Assembly: GCA_963776955.1 (NCBI GenBank)
Contig: CAVZOM010000003.1
Coordinates: forward strand, 176,544 to 240,543
Reading direction: 5' to 3'
DNA length: 64,000 bases
Source: an uncultured Actinomycetes bacterium
GTDB lineage: Bacteria; Actinomycetota; Thermoleophilia; Gaiellales; Gaiellaceae
Shown here: positions 29,303 to 40,404 of the stretch, piece by piece
Layout: every line of letters begins with the position of its first letter
Position numbering within the stretch: the first letter of the stretch is position 1
The notes under the pieces: model-generated
What the model was told of the DNA's origin: nothing
The model's input: the letters and a program-made list of their open reading frames with translations, nothing else
The model's database searches: none
Made by a program: the position numbers and the translations under genes

Positions 29303-30016
29303 CTAATCGCTCGAGGTGACCGTCGTGAGCGCGACGCGGGTCATGCGATCGACCGCGGCTTGGAGGTCCTCGTCGGAGATCCGCGTGAACTCGCCGCCGA
29401 TCACGATGTCGCTCACGGTAAGCAGGCAGCCGGCCTGGACCTTGCGGAGCGCGCCGAGCGTGAAGATCACGGCCGCCTCCATCTCGACTGCAAGCACGCC
29501 GCGGGACGACCAGCGCTCGTGGCGGCCCTCGTCGGGGTCGTAGAACGTGTCCGAGGAGGCGATCGCACCGACGCGCATCGGCTGCTCGAGCTCCTTCGCC
29601 GCGTGAACGGCTCCGTGGACGAGCTCCCAGTCGGCGGTCGGGCAGTGCGGCTCCTGGTTCACGTAGTGGCGCGCCGTGCCGTCGGCCGGGACCGCGGTCA
29701 GCGCGACGATCAGGTCGCCGAGCTCGAGGTCGGGCTGCAGCCCGCCGCAGGTGCCGACGCGCAGGAACCGCTTGACGCCGAGCATGACGAGCTCTTCCAT
29801 GACGATTGCGGCCGTCGGGCAGCCCATGCCGGTCGCCTGCACCGAGACGGGCTTGCCCTGGTACTCGCCTGTGTACCCGAGCAGTCCGCGTTCGGCGTTC
29901 CGCTGAACCGGATTGTCGAAGTAGGTCTCCGCGATGTACTTCGCGCGCAGCGGGTCGCCGGGCAGCAGGCAGGCCTCCGCGTAGTCGCCTTCCTCCGCTC
30001 GGATGTGAATCGGCAC
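29303..30016 (-). CDS. deoD: Purine nucleoside phosphorylase, DeoD type
   Basis: Intact 237 aa. 'IHIRAEEGDYAEACLLPGDPLRAKYIAETYF', 'GMGCPTAAI', 'RVGTCGG' and 'VEMEAA' closely follow the DeoD pattern. Confidence 0.85.
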   Translation of the reverse strand: MPIHIRAEEGDYAEACLLPGDPLRAKYIAETYFDNPVQRNAERGLLGYTGEYQGKPVSVQATGMGCPTAAIVMEELVMLGVKRFLRVGTCGGLQPDLELGDLIVALTAVPADGTARHYVNQEPHCPTADWELVHGAVHAAKELEQPMRVGAIASSDTFYDPDEGRHERWSSRGVLAVEMEAAVIFTLGALRKVQAGCLLTVSDIVIGGEFTRISDEDLQAAVDRMTRVALTTVTSSD

Positions 30017-30030
30017 GGCGGCAGCCTAAC

Positions 30031-30194
30031 GGAGGGTCTGGCGGAGCATGGCTGAGCCGCAAGGGCCGCGCTGCTCGCCCCGAGGCCGCGTCCTCAGTCG
30101 CCCCGGTAGTTCGTTCACTACCGGGGCTCCCTGCGTCCTTGCCTCGGAACGAGCATCGCACCCCTGCGACGAGCAATGCTCCGCCAGACCCTCC
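30031..30194. repeat. 164-bp near-palindromic element with perfect 19-bp terminal inverted repeats and a central 9-bp hairpin
   Basis: GGAGGGTCTGGCGGAGCAT (30031-30049) pairs with ATGCTCCGCCAGACCCTCC (30176-30194). The inner helix is GCTCG..CCGAGGC / GCCTCGG..CGAGC. The central hairpin is CCCCGGTAG-TTCGTTCA-CTACCGGGG (30101-30126). Confidence 0.7.
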
Positions 30195-30212
30195 CTGCGA
30201 AGATTCCCGGCC

Positions 30213-31076
30213 GTGCTGTCCGAGCCAACCGTCGAGCAGATCCTGGCGTACTGCGCCGAGGACCCGATCGAGCGCGTCTTCCTCGAGGACGTCGCCCGCC
30301 GGGGCTTCGCCCGCTTCCGCGCGGTCGAGGGCGACGGATGGGCTCGACGGCGCTCTGCTACTTCGGCGCGAACATCGTCCCCTCGGGCAGCGGTTGCGAG
30401 GCGTTTGCGGGCGAGACGGCCGCGCGCGGGGCGCGGATGATCATCGGCCAGGAGCGCGCCGTGAGACGACCTCTGGGCGGCAGCGCAGCCTCGTCATGCC
30501 GAATCCGCGCGAGGATCGACCCGGTCAACCCGTCTACGTCGCTCGAGGAGCCGCCTGCGAGCGGCTCGAGCGGGCTGCGGGTGGCGACGCCCGACGACCT
30601 CGACCTGCTGCTTCCGGCCTGCGCGGCCACGCACCACGAGGAGCTCGGGCGTCGATCCGCTCGAGCGCGACGCGGCCGGGTTTCGCCGGCGAACGATCGT
30701 CCAGATCGAGGAGGGCCGGTCCTGGCTCTGGGTCGAGGACGGGACGATCCTCTTCAAGGCGGAGGCCTCGGCGTGGACGCCGACGGCCGTTCAGCTCCAG
30801 CAAGTCTGGGTCGACCCGCAGGCGCGGCAGCAGGGCCATGGCAAGCGCGGGCTCACCGACCTCTGCCGGCTCCTGCTCGAGGAGACGCCGACGGTGTGCC
30901 TGTTCGTCCGCCCGGAGAACGAGGCCGCGATCCGCCTCTACGAGAAGATCGGCATGCGCCGAGTCGGCACCTACCGGAGCGTCCTCTTCTACAGCCACAC
31001 ATTCGCATGGATCTTCGATGATGGACTCGCGCGCTTTCGTAGGCCGTCGAGGAGGACATCCGCGAGCACGAGCTGA
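30213..31076 (+). CDS. GNAT-family N-acetyltransferase with an N-terminal accessory domain; several frame changes, 3' end uncertain
   Basis: Pieces read 'LSEPTVEQILAYCAEDPIERVFLEDVARRGF', 'CYFGANIVPSG' and 'VQLQQVWVDPQARQQGHGKRGLTDLCRLLLEETPTVCLFVRPENEAAIRLYEKIGMRRVGTYRSVLF' (acetyl-CoA binding Q/RxxGxG/A). Confidence 0.6.
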
Positions 31077-31997
31077 TCACCGCGGGGGCGGCGTGACTTG
31101 CTTCGTCTCGGGCGGAGCCGACTCCACCTGCCTCTGGCACGTGCTGCGAGAGCTCGGCTACCAGGTCTCCGCGCTCCACGTGAACCATGGCCTTCGCGGG
31201 CAGGAGTCCGACGAGGACGCCGCGTTCTGCCGCGACGTGCTCGGCGCCGAGGTCGTCGACGGCCGCGGCGGGAAGACGGAGGACGACTGGCGCGAGATCC
31301 GCTACTCGTTCGCGACCGACCGGCTGCGGGCAACCGGGCACACGGCCTCCGACCAGGTGGAGACCGTCCTCTACCGAATCGTCGCCAGCGGCGCGCCCGG
31401 CAAGATCGACTGGCGCCGCGACGACGGCGTCGTCCGCCCGCTCCTGAACCGCTGGCGGGACGAGACCGAGGCGTACTGCCTGGCCGACGGCCTCGACTTC
31501 CGGCGCGACACGTCCAACCCGGACACGAAGCGAGGCCTGATCCGCGAACGAGATCCTCCCGCTCCTGCGGAAGCTCCATCCCGGCCGCCGAGGGCAACCT
31601 CCTCCGGCTGGCAGACCGCAAGACGGCACCCCCGGAGCTCGTCCGCCTGCTCGAATCGATCGATGGCTCGACGAGGCTCGACCTCGGCCGCGGGCGCCAG
31701 ATCGTCCGCGAGTACGAGCGCGTCTGGCTCGAGCGCTCGCCCGTCGCCCTCGACCGGGAGGTGCGCTGGGGCGACTGGCGCATCACCTCCGACGAGAAGG
31801 GCCTTAAGGTACGCGGATGGCGACCCGGAGACCGACTGGCGGGGCGCAGCAAGAAGATCCAGGACGTCTTCGTCGACGCGAAGGTCCCGCGCTCGGAGCG
31901 CGAGGCGTGGCCGCTCGTCGTGCGCGGGGACGAGGTGGTCGCCGTCCCCGGCCTCGTCGAGGCCGAGGGAGTGACGGCTGAACGTGTCGCAGACTGA
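31021..31997 (+). CDS. tilS: tRNA(Ile)-lysidine synthase TilS; several frame changes
   Basis: PP-loop 'CFVSGGADSTCL', 'LHVNHGLRG.ESDEDAAF', 'TGHTASDQVETVLYRI', C-terminal 'KKIQDVFVDAKVPRSEREAWPLV'. Confidence 0.85.
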
Positions 31998-32548
31998 GCT
32001 CGAGCAGGGAGTTGCGGAGGTCTTGGTCGACGAGGAAGCGCTGCGCCTGCGCGTCGCCGAGCTCGGCGAGGAGATCTCGACCGACTACACCGGCCGCGAC
32101 CTGCTGCTCGTCGGCGTCCTGAAGGGCGCCGTCTTCTTCATGGCCGACCTGATGCGCCAGCTGACGGTGCCCTGCGAGGTCGACTTCATGGCCATCTCCA
32201 GCTACGGCGCCGCGAGCGACTCCTCGGGAGTCGTCCGAATCCTCAAGGACCTCGACATCCCGCTCGAGGGCCGACACGTCCTCGTCGTCGAGGACATCAT
32301 CGACTCGGGGCTGACGCTCTCGTACCTGATGCGGAACCTGCAGCGCGCGACAGCCTGCCTCGCTCGAGGTATGCGCGCTGCTGACGAAGCCCGCGCGGCG
32401 CGAAATCGACATTCCGGTCCGCTACGTCGGATTCGAGATCCCAAACCGCTTCGTCGTCGGCTACGGGCTCGACTACGCGGAGCGGTACCGGAACCTTCCC
32501 TACGTCGGCGTCCTGCAGGAAGACGTCGAGCCAGGTGCAACGAGCTAG
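31984..32548 (+). CDS. hpt: Hypoxanthine phosphoribosyltransferase; one frame change near 32345
   Basis: '[21 protein letters not shown]', PRPP loop '[15 protein letters not shown]', then '[48 protein letters not shown]' in a second frame. Confidence 0.85.
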
Positions 32549-32550
32549 AA

Positions 32551-32571
32551 CGGCATCGCTTAGCGATGCCG
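32551..32571 (+). terminator. Perfect 9-bp hairpin immediately after hpt (weak terminator or attenuator candidate)
   Basis: CGGCATCGC-TTA-GCGATGCCG. No U-run follows. Confidence 0.3.
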
Positions 32572-32650
32572 AAGCATGCCCCGTAAGGAACTCGTATGGG
32601 GCGCAGGTAGGACTCGTGGCCGGTGCTACTGTGCTTCAGGAGGCGCTGCA

Positions 32651-34611
<1,961 letters not shown>

Positions 34612-34701
34612 AAGATCGAGAAGGCCCGGCCGAAGCGCGCGCCTCCAGGCAGCTCAACTCGCGCCCGCCGTCCACCGGGCCGAGTATGCCATGAAGGGGC
34701 G

Positions 34702-34774
34702 CCCGGGAGGCCGGACTCGACCGGCACCTCTCGCAGTTGACGGCTGGATGCTCTGCCAGTTGAGCTACTCCCGG
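34702..34774 (-). tRNA. Aberrant tRNA-like gene, best read as anticodon GTC (Asp)
   Basis: The minus strand reads CCGGGAG-TA-GCTCAACTGGCAGAGC-A-TCCAG-CCGTCAA-CTG(C)GA-GAGGT-GCCGG-TCGAGT-CCGGC-CTCCCGG-G. It has a perfect acceptor stem and canonical D arm. It also has one extra C in the anticodon stem, C instead of U at position 33, and a 6-nt T loop. Confidence 0.5.
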
Positions 34775-34823
34775 AAGTCGACACTTCACGCTTGGAGCCT
34801 GGCGGCAAGGAGGTATCGGCTCT

Positions 34824-35665
34824 GTGCCGAGATCGTGCGAACATTTCGGCGTGGTACCGATCGACGAGCGATTCCCGCGCCCGTCGGTGATGGGCGTCGT
34901 CAACGTCACGCCGGACTCGTTTTCGGACGGCGGCGTCAACTTCGACGGCCGCGGACGCCGTTGCAACTGCGCGGCGGATGGCTGACGAAGGGGCCGCGAT
35001 CGTGGACATCGGCGGCGAGTCGACGCGGCCCGGGTCGGAGGGCGTGTCGCTCGACGAGGAGCTGCGGCGGGTCGTGCCCGTGCTCGAAGCGCTCCAGGGC
35101 GAGGTTCCGTCTCGATCGACACGTCCAAGGCCGAGGTCGCCCGCCGCGCGATCGAGCTCGGCGCCGAGCTCGTCAACGACGTCACCGCGCTGCGCGGCGA
35201 CCCGGAGCTGGCCGAGGTCGTCGCGGCCTCGGAGGCCTACCTGTGCTTGATGCACATGCTGGGCGAGCCGCGGACGATGCAAGCCGATCCCGCCTACGAC
35301 GACGTGGCCGGGGAGATCGCCGCCTTCCTCGAGGAGCGGCTTCGCTTCGCCGTCGACGCCGGCATCCCGGAGGAGCGGATCTGCCTCGACCCCGGCTTCG
35401 GCTTCGGCAAGACCGATGGAGCAGAACTTCGAGCTCCTTGCGGCGGCTCGGCGAGATCGTCTCGCTCGGTCGGCCGGTTCTGGTCGGCCTCTCGCGCAAG
35501 CGCTCGCTCGGCCGGATCCTCGGCGACCCCGAGGCGACGACCGGCCCGCTCTCGGCGAGCATCGCCGCCGCCGTCGAGGCCTACGAGCGCGGCGCGACGA
35601 TCTTCCGCGTCCACGACGTCCGCGAGCACGTCGAGGCGCTCACCGTGGCGGCTGCGGTCCGATGA
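34824..35665 (+). CDS. folP: Dihydropteroate synthase; at least 4 frame changes
   Basis: The GTG lies 10 nt after AAGGAGG. Motifs seen: '[16 protein letters not shown]', '[10 protein letters not shown]', '[10 protein letters not shown]', 'NDV', 'DPGFGFGKT', 'VGLSRKR', 'IFRVHDV'. Confidence 0.85.
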
Positions 35666-36093
35666 TCGTCGTCGAGCTCGAAGCCCTGGAGGTCTTCGGC
35701 CGGCACGGCGTGCTCGACGAGGAGCGCCGCGACGGCCAGACGTTCCTCTACGACGTGCGACTCGAGCTCGGCGACGCTCCACCCTCGGACCGGGTCGAGG
35801 ACACGGTCGACTACCGCGACATCGCCGACTGCGTGCGGGAGGTATCCGACAGCAGGCAGTTCAACTTGATCGAGGCGCTCGCCGCGGCTGTCGCCGACGC
35901 GCTGGCCGAGCGTTTCCCGGTCGAGCGCGTCCGCGTGCGGGTCCGAAAGCCGAGCCCGGCCGGCGTCCCGGCCGCGTACGCCGCGGCTACCGTCGAGCGG
36001 CGCTTGACGATCGAGACCGCGAGGCTGTACTTGAGGCCCGCGACCTTGCGGACGACGTTCCCGCTGCCTGCGCCGAGCGACGCCTCGACGTAG
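35662..36093 (+). CDS. folB: Dihydroneopterin aldolase; the true stop is probably near 36005
   Basis: The ATG overlaps the folP stop (ATGA). '[35 protein letters not shown]' and '[30 protein letters not shown]...[11 protein letters not shown]'. Confidence 0.8.
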   Translation: MIVVELEALEVFGRHGVLDEERRDGQTFLYDVRLELGDAPPSDRVEDTVDYRDIADCVREVSDSRQFNLIEALAAAVADALAERFPVERVRVRVRKPSPAGVPAAYAAATVERRLTIETARLYLRPATLRTTFPLPAPSDAST

Positions 36094-37620
36094 AAGTACG
36101 CGCCCTTCGCGGCCGGGTTCCTGACCCGCAGACGCTCCCGCTTCGCTCCGGTTCGTTCCGACAGGCCGCGGAAGTCGCGCCTCCGAGCGGAGCCCGTCTC
36201 CGAGACCGTTTTCGTCTTGGGCCCCCAGGCCGCAAGGTCGACGTCGCCGCCCGACGGCTGGAGCGCGATCGAAGCAGCCCGCCTTCCGGGGATCCAGACG
36301 CGGTAGACGTCGCGCGGGTCCTCGCCGAAGTCGAGGCGCGCGGTGACGCTCCCGCTCTTCCGACTCGCTGCAGTGAGCGGCGCCGCGGCGCGGCCGAGGA
36401 GGCCCCCGGGCTTCACGTAGGTCACGTCCTCGTTCGGCTCCTGCGGATCCTTCCCCGGAGGCGGAACGGCGAGTGCGAGTGGGACGTCGAGACGACCGAA
36501 GCCCGTGAGCGGGTCGTAGCCGGGCGACGAGACGTCCTGCGCCGAGCCCGCGCATCACCTCGAAGAGCTGGCTGAGGTCGAGTGTCGGCCGCGCGGTCCA
36601 GACCCAGGCCGCGGCTGCGGCGACTAGGGGCGCAGCGAAGCTCGTGCCGTGGAAAGAGTCATAGAAGATCGGTGGATGGAAAGTGGTGGGGACCGCCACG
36701 CGAATCGAGGTTCCCGGCGCGGCGAGGTCCACGTGCGGCGAGCCGCTCGAGAAGCTCGCCGGAGCGACGCCCTGATCGATCGCTCCGACGGTGAGCACAT
36801 GCGGCAGGCTCGCCGGGTACTCGAGCGGGCTTCCCCGCTGTCGGCTGTTTCCGGCGGCCGCCACGACGAGGGTCCCCGAGCTGACGGTCACAGCGACCAT
36901 CGAATCGAGCACCGGGTTCCTGACCTGCGAGCCGAGGCTGAGGTTGACGACGCCCTGCCCGCGCCGAATCGCGGCGTCGAGGCCCTGGATGACGTCGCCG
37001 GCGGTGATCCCGTCGCCCGTCGGGCTCGCATCCCAGACCTGGAGCGCGGCCTGCGGATACATCCCGAGCAGGCCGAGGCCGTTCACCGGGGCAGCGGCAA
37101 CCGACGCGACCGCCGTCCCATGCTCCTCGAACTGGTTCGCCGTCGTCTGGGCGTTCAGGACGGTCGTGCCCGGCCGGGTCGCGAACTCCTCGTGCGCCAT
37201 GTTCACGCCGGTGTCGATGACGGTCAGCGGCTTGCCCGGGCCGGGTGGCACAGCCTGGTTCGAGCGGACGACCGGGATCCACCATTCCTCGGCTTCCAGA
37301 GGCTCTGCCAAGGTCGAAAGCGGGTGGTCGGCCGAAAGGTCGGCGACGAGACCGTCGCGCGCAAGGTCTGGGAGGACGCGAACCGCGGCACCGCTCGGCA
37401 GCCGCCAGACGGGCAGCGCCGTGGCGATCTTGACTCCCCCGGCACGGCGAAGAGCGGGGCCGGCCCCCGGCCGTGCGACGACCAGGGTCGAGTCGAACTG
37501 TCGAAGCTCGCGCGCCTGATCGCGGGTCAGCGTTCCGGCCCAGGCCGACGTGGACCCTGCGCCAAACGCGAGAGCAGCTAGAGCGAGGACGACCCCAAAG
37601 CGCCTCAAGACGGCGAACAT
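35987..37620 (-). CDS. Secreted subtilisin-like (S8) serine peptidase with a C-terminal PPC-like domain; frame change near 36560, 3' end approximate
   Basis: Signal 'MFAVLRRFGVVLALAALAFGAGSTSAWA'. Catalytic residues: D 'LTVIDTGV', H 'HGTAVASV', S 'GTSFAAPLVAAAAAW'. The C-terminus reads 'FGEDPRDVYRVWIPGRRAASIALQPSGGDVDLAAW'. Confidence 0.8.
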
Positions 37621-37627
37621 AGCAGCA

Positions 37628-38086
37628 GTGCGCACCAAAGCTTTCGTCGGTATCGGCTCCAATCTCGGAGACCGTGAGGCCCATCTGAGGCGCGCAATCG
37701 ACCTGCTCGGGGCCGTAAACGGGATCGAGGTCACAGGCGTTTCGCAGATCCGGGAGACCGAGCCGTGGGGCCCCGTCGAGCAGGGCCCCTTCCTGAACGG
37801 CGCGGTCCGCGTCGAGACGGCGCTGGCGCCTCGAGTGTTGCTCGAGCGCCTCCTGGACATCGAGCAGCACATGGGCCGCGTTCGCACCGAGCGGTTCGGC
37901 CCGCGGACGATCGACCTCGACCTGCTCGTCTACGGCGACGAGATCGTCGAGGAGCCGGGCCTGACCGTCCCGCACCCGCGTCTGCACGAACGCCGGTTCG
38001 CCCTCGAGCCGCTCGCCGACCTGGACCCGGCGCTCACAATCCCTGGAAGGGGGACGATTTCAGCATTGCTCGCGGAGCTAGAATGA
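37628..38086 (+). CDS. folK: 2-amino-4-hydroxy-6-hydroxymethyldihydropteridine pyrophosphokinase
   Basis: 'AFVGIGSNLGDR', 'GPRTIDLDLLVYG', 'LTVPHPRLHERRFALEPL'. The GTG at 37628 is only 7 nt from the divergent S8 peptidase start. Confidence 0.85.
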   Translation: MRTKAFVGIGSNLGDREAHLRRAIDLLGAVNGIEVTGVSQIRETEPWGPVEQGPFLNGAVRVETALAPRVLLERLLDIEQHMGRVRTERFGPRTIDLDLLVYGDEIVEEPGLTVPHPRLHERRFALEPLADLDPALTIPGRGTISALLAELE

Positions 38087-38090
38087 CGCC

Positions 38091-38456
38091 ATGTCGCACA
38101 TCGACGAGCTCGACGAGTTCGAGGCAGAGCTCGAGCTCCGGCTGAAGCGCGAATACTCCGACGTCTTCGAGCTGTTCCGGTTCTGCGTCCTCACCCAGGA
38201 CGCGACGTACCTCTGCAACAAGCTCGACCTGAACTACTCGCCGCAGCCGAGCTACCCCTTCTACCACCTGAAGATGGAGGACGTCTGGGTCTGGGACAAG
38301 AACCGCCCGACCCGGCTGATCCCGCGCGCCGAGATCTACACCTCGAGCGACGTCACGGTGGAAGAGCTGCGCCCCGAGGGCGGCGGCCCGAAGCTGACCG
38401 CCGAGGCGCTGGCCGAGCGAATCGGCGAGCCGCTTCGTGGCGACGACGACCTCTAA
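38091..38456 (+). CDS. DUF2469-family protein (conserved actinobacterial hypothetical)
   Basis: Intact 121 aa. 'ELDEFEAELELRLKREYSDVFELFRFCV....ATYLCNKLDL' and 'MEDVWVWDKNRP.R' follow the DUF2469 pattern. Confidence 0.7.
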   Translation: MSHIDELDEFEAELELRLKREYSDVFELFRFCVLTQDATYLCNKLDLNYSPQPSYPFYHLKMEDVWVWDKNRPTRLIPRAEIYTSSDVTVEELRPEGGGPKLTAEALAERIGEPLRGDDDL

Positions 38457-38487
38457 GTCTCTCGCGCCGCTGAAGTAGGCTCGTTCC

Positions 38488-39237
38488 ATGCTCCTGGCGA
38501 TCGACGTCGGGAACACCCAGACTGCTCTGGGCCTCTTCGACGGCGATAGCCTCGCCGAGCACCGACGGCTGGCCACCGACGCGAGCCGCACAGGGGACGA
38601 GCTCGGCGCCCTGCTGGGCGAGATGCTCGACCTCGAGTCGGTGGACGGCATCTGCCTCTCCTCGACGGTGCCTGCGCTGATCCGGGAGTTCGAGCTCTTC
38701 GCCGAGCGCTGGGCGAAGGCGCCGATCCTCGTCGTGGAGCCCGGTGTGCGTACGGGAATCCCGATGCGCCATGACGCGCCACATCAGGTCGGGCCCGACC
38801 GGATCGTCAACTCGGTTGCGGCCAAGGAGCGCTACGGCGTGCCGTGCATCGTCGTCGACTTCGGTACGTCGACGAACTTCGACGTCGTCTCTGCTCAGGG
38901 CGAATACGTCGGCGGCGTGCTCGCACCGGGCATCGAGATCTCGATGGAGGCGCTGTTCAACCGCGCGGCGCGCTTGACGAAGGTCGACCTGGCGGAGCCG
39001 CCTTCCGCGATCGGCAAGACGACCGAGCAGGCGCTCCAGTCCGGTCTCGTGTACGGCTTCGCCGGCCAGGTCGACCGGATCGTCGAGGAGATCAGGCGCG
39101 AGCTCGGCGCCGAGGCGCGGGCCGTCGCGACCGGCGGGCTCGCTGACCTCGTCGTGCCGCACAGCCGGACGATCGAGCTCGTCGATCCCTGGCTGACGCT
39201 AGAAGGGCTACGCCTCGTGTGGGAGCTGAACCGCTAG
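38488..39237 (+). CDS. coaX: Type III pantothenate kinase
   Basis: Intact 249 aa. 'MLLAIDVGNTQTALGLF', 'VVDFGTSTNFDVV', 'GGVLAPGI'. Confidence 0.88.
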   Translation: MLLAIDVGNTQTALGLFDGDSLAEHRRLATDASRTGDELGALLGEMLDLESVDGICLSSTVPALIREFELFAERWAKAPILVVEPGVRTGIPMRHDAPHQVGPDRIVNSVAAKERYGVPCIVVDFGTSTNFDVVSAQGEYVGGVLAPGIEISMEALFNRAARLTKVDLAEPPSAIGKTTEQALQSGLVYGFAGQVDRIVEEIRRELGAEARAVATGGLADLVVPHSRTIELVDPWLTLEGLRLVWELNR

Positions 39238-40289
39238 CCGCCGCCGTAGATCGAGATCGGGAGGTCCAGGAGGACTTCGTCGCCTTGCGGCAGCTCGTCT
39301 TCGAGACGCTCCAGGACGAAGCGCGCGCCGGGTGCGGCGGCGAAGAGGCGCTGCTCGACCTCGTCGAGCGTCGCGAGCTGCACGAGCTCCTGCTTGAACG
39401 GGCGCGGGAACCGCCCGCGGCCGAGGTACCAGCCGTAGAACTTCTTCAGGAAGCCGGTCGCGCGCTGCTCGCCGAGCTCGCGCACCGTCTCGCGGATGAA
39501 GAGGATCAGCTCGGCGACGACCTCCTCGCGCGACGGCTCGTCCTCGTCGCCCATGATCTGGCTCAGCGCCCAGGGGTTTCCCTGGGCGGCGCGGCCGACC
39601 ATGACCGCCTCGGCACCCGTGGTCGCGAGCACGGTCTGCGCCTTCGCGCGGGAGACGATGTCACCGGAGGCGATGACGGGCACGTCGACCAGCTCGACCA
39701 GCTCCGCCGTCAGCGAGTGGTCGGCCTCGCCCGTGTACATCTGCTTTGCCGAGCGGGGATGGAGCGTCAGCGTCGCCGCGCCCGCATCGACGAGCCTCGG
39801 CCCGACTTCGAGGCAGGTTCGCGAGCCGTTCTGCAGGCCGCGGCGCATCTTCACCGAGACCGGGAGCGAGGTCGCGTTGGCCACCGCGTCGACGATCGCG
39901 GACGCGCGGTCCGGGTCGTCGAGGCAGTTCGCCCCGGCGCCGGTCTTGGTCACCTTGCGCACGGGGCAGCCGAAGTTGATGTCGACGATGTCGGCGCCCG
40001 CATCCTCGACCATGCGAGCCGCCTCGGCCATCACCTCGGGCTCGGAACCGAAGATCTGCACCGCGAGCGGATGCTCGTCCGCGGCGATACGCAGGTAACC
40101 GAGCGTCTTCTCGTTCTTGTAGGACAGGCCGGCGCAGCTCACCATCTCGGAGCAGACGAGCCCGGCGCCGAAGCGGCGGCCCTGCCTGCGAAATGCCTGC
40201 ACGCTGACGCCTGCCATCGGTGCCAGAACGAGCCGCGAGGGGATCTCGACAGGCCCGATTCGCCAGGATTCGCGAAGATCTACCTGCAC
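39234..40289 (-). CDS. dus: tRNA-dihydrouridine synthase
   Basis: Intact. 'LVLAPMAGVS', 'DINFGCPVRKV', 'VSVKMR', 'LTLHPRSAKQMY.G.ADH', 'VIASGDI'. Confidence 0.85.
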   Translation of the reverse strand: MQVDLRESWRIGPVEIPSRLVLAPMAGVSVQAFRRQGRRFGAGLVCSEMVSCAGLSYKNEKTLGYLRIAADEHPLAVQIFGSEPEVMAEAARMVEDAGADIVDINFGCPVRKVTKTGAGANCLDDPDRASAIVDAVANATSLPVSVKMRRGLQNGSRTCLEVGPRLVDAGAATLTLHPRSAKQMYTGEADHSLTAELVELVDVPVIASGDIVSRAKAQTVLATTGAEAVMVGRAAQGNPWALSQIMGDEDEPSREEVVAELILFIRETVRELGEQRATGFLKKFYGWYLGRGRFPRPFKQELVQLATLDEVEQRLFAAAPGARFVLERLEDELPQGDEVLLDLPISIYGGG

Positions 40290-40404
40290 AGCGGCCCAAT
40301 CGTAGCCGCGGGCGCGGAGTTTGACGTATGGCGACGCCGTAGGTACCATGCGCGCCCGCGACGGCGCCTTTGCGCCGCGCATTTTTATTGAGGAGGCACG
40401 AAAA

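Noticed and set aside
30048-30212. ATG at 30048 with an upstream GGAGG, as an N-terminal extension of the GNAT ORF (ORF 30048..30440).
   Set aside because: The 55 extra residues ('MAEPQGPRCSPRGRVLSRPGSSFTTGAPCVLASERASHPCDEQCSARPSLRRFP') have the Cys/Arg/Pro/Ser composition of off-frame GC-rich DNA. They coincide exactly with the palindromic element, so they are treated as non-coding.
34702-34775. Reading the tRNA-like element on the plus strand as tRNA-Val (loop TTGACGG, with proper U33 and anticodon GAC).
   Set aside because: On the plus strand the D arm lacks G18-G19 and the T arm would be a 4-bp stem with loop TGCCAGTT and no T-psi-C signature. The minus strand gives the canonical U8, D loop AACTGGCA and a (T)TCGAGT T loop.
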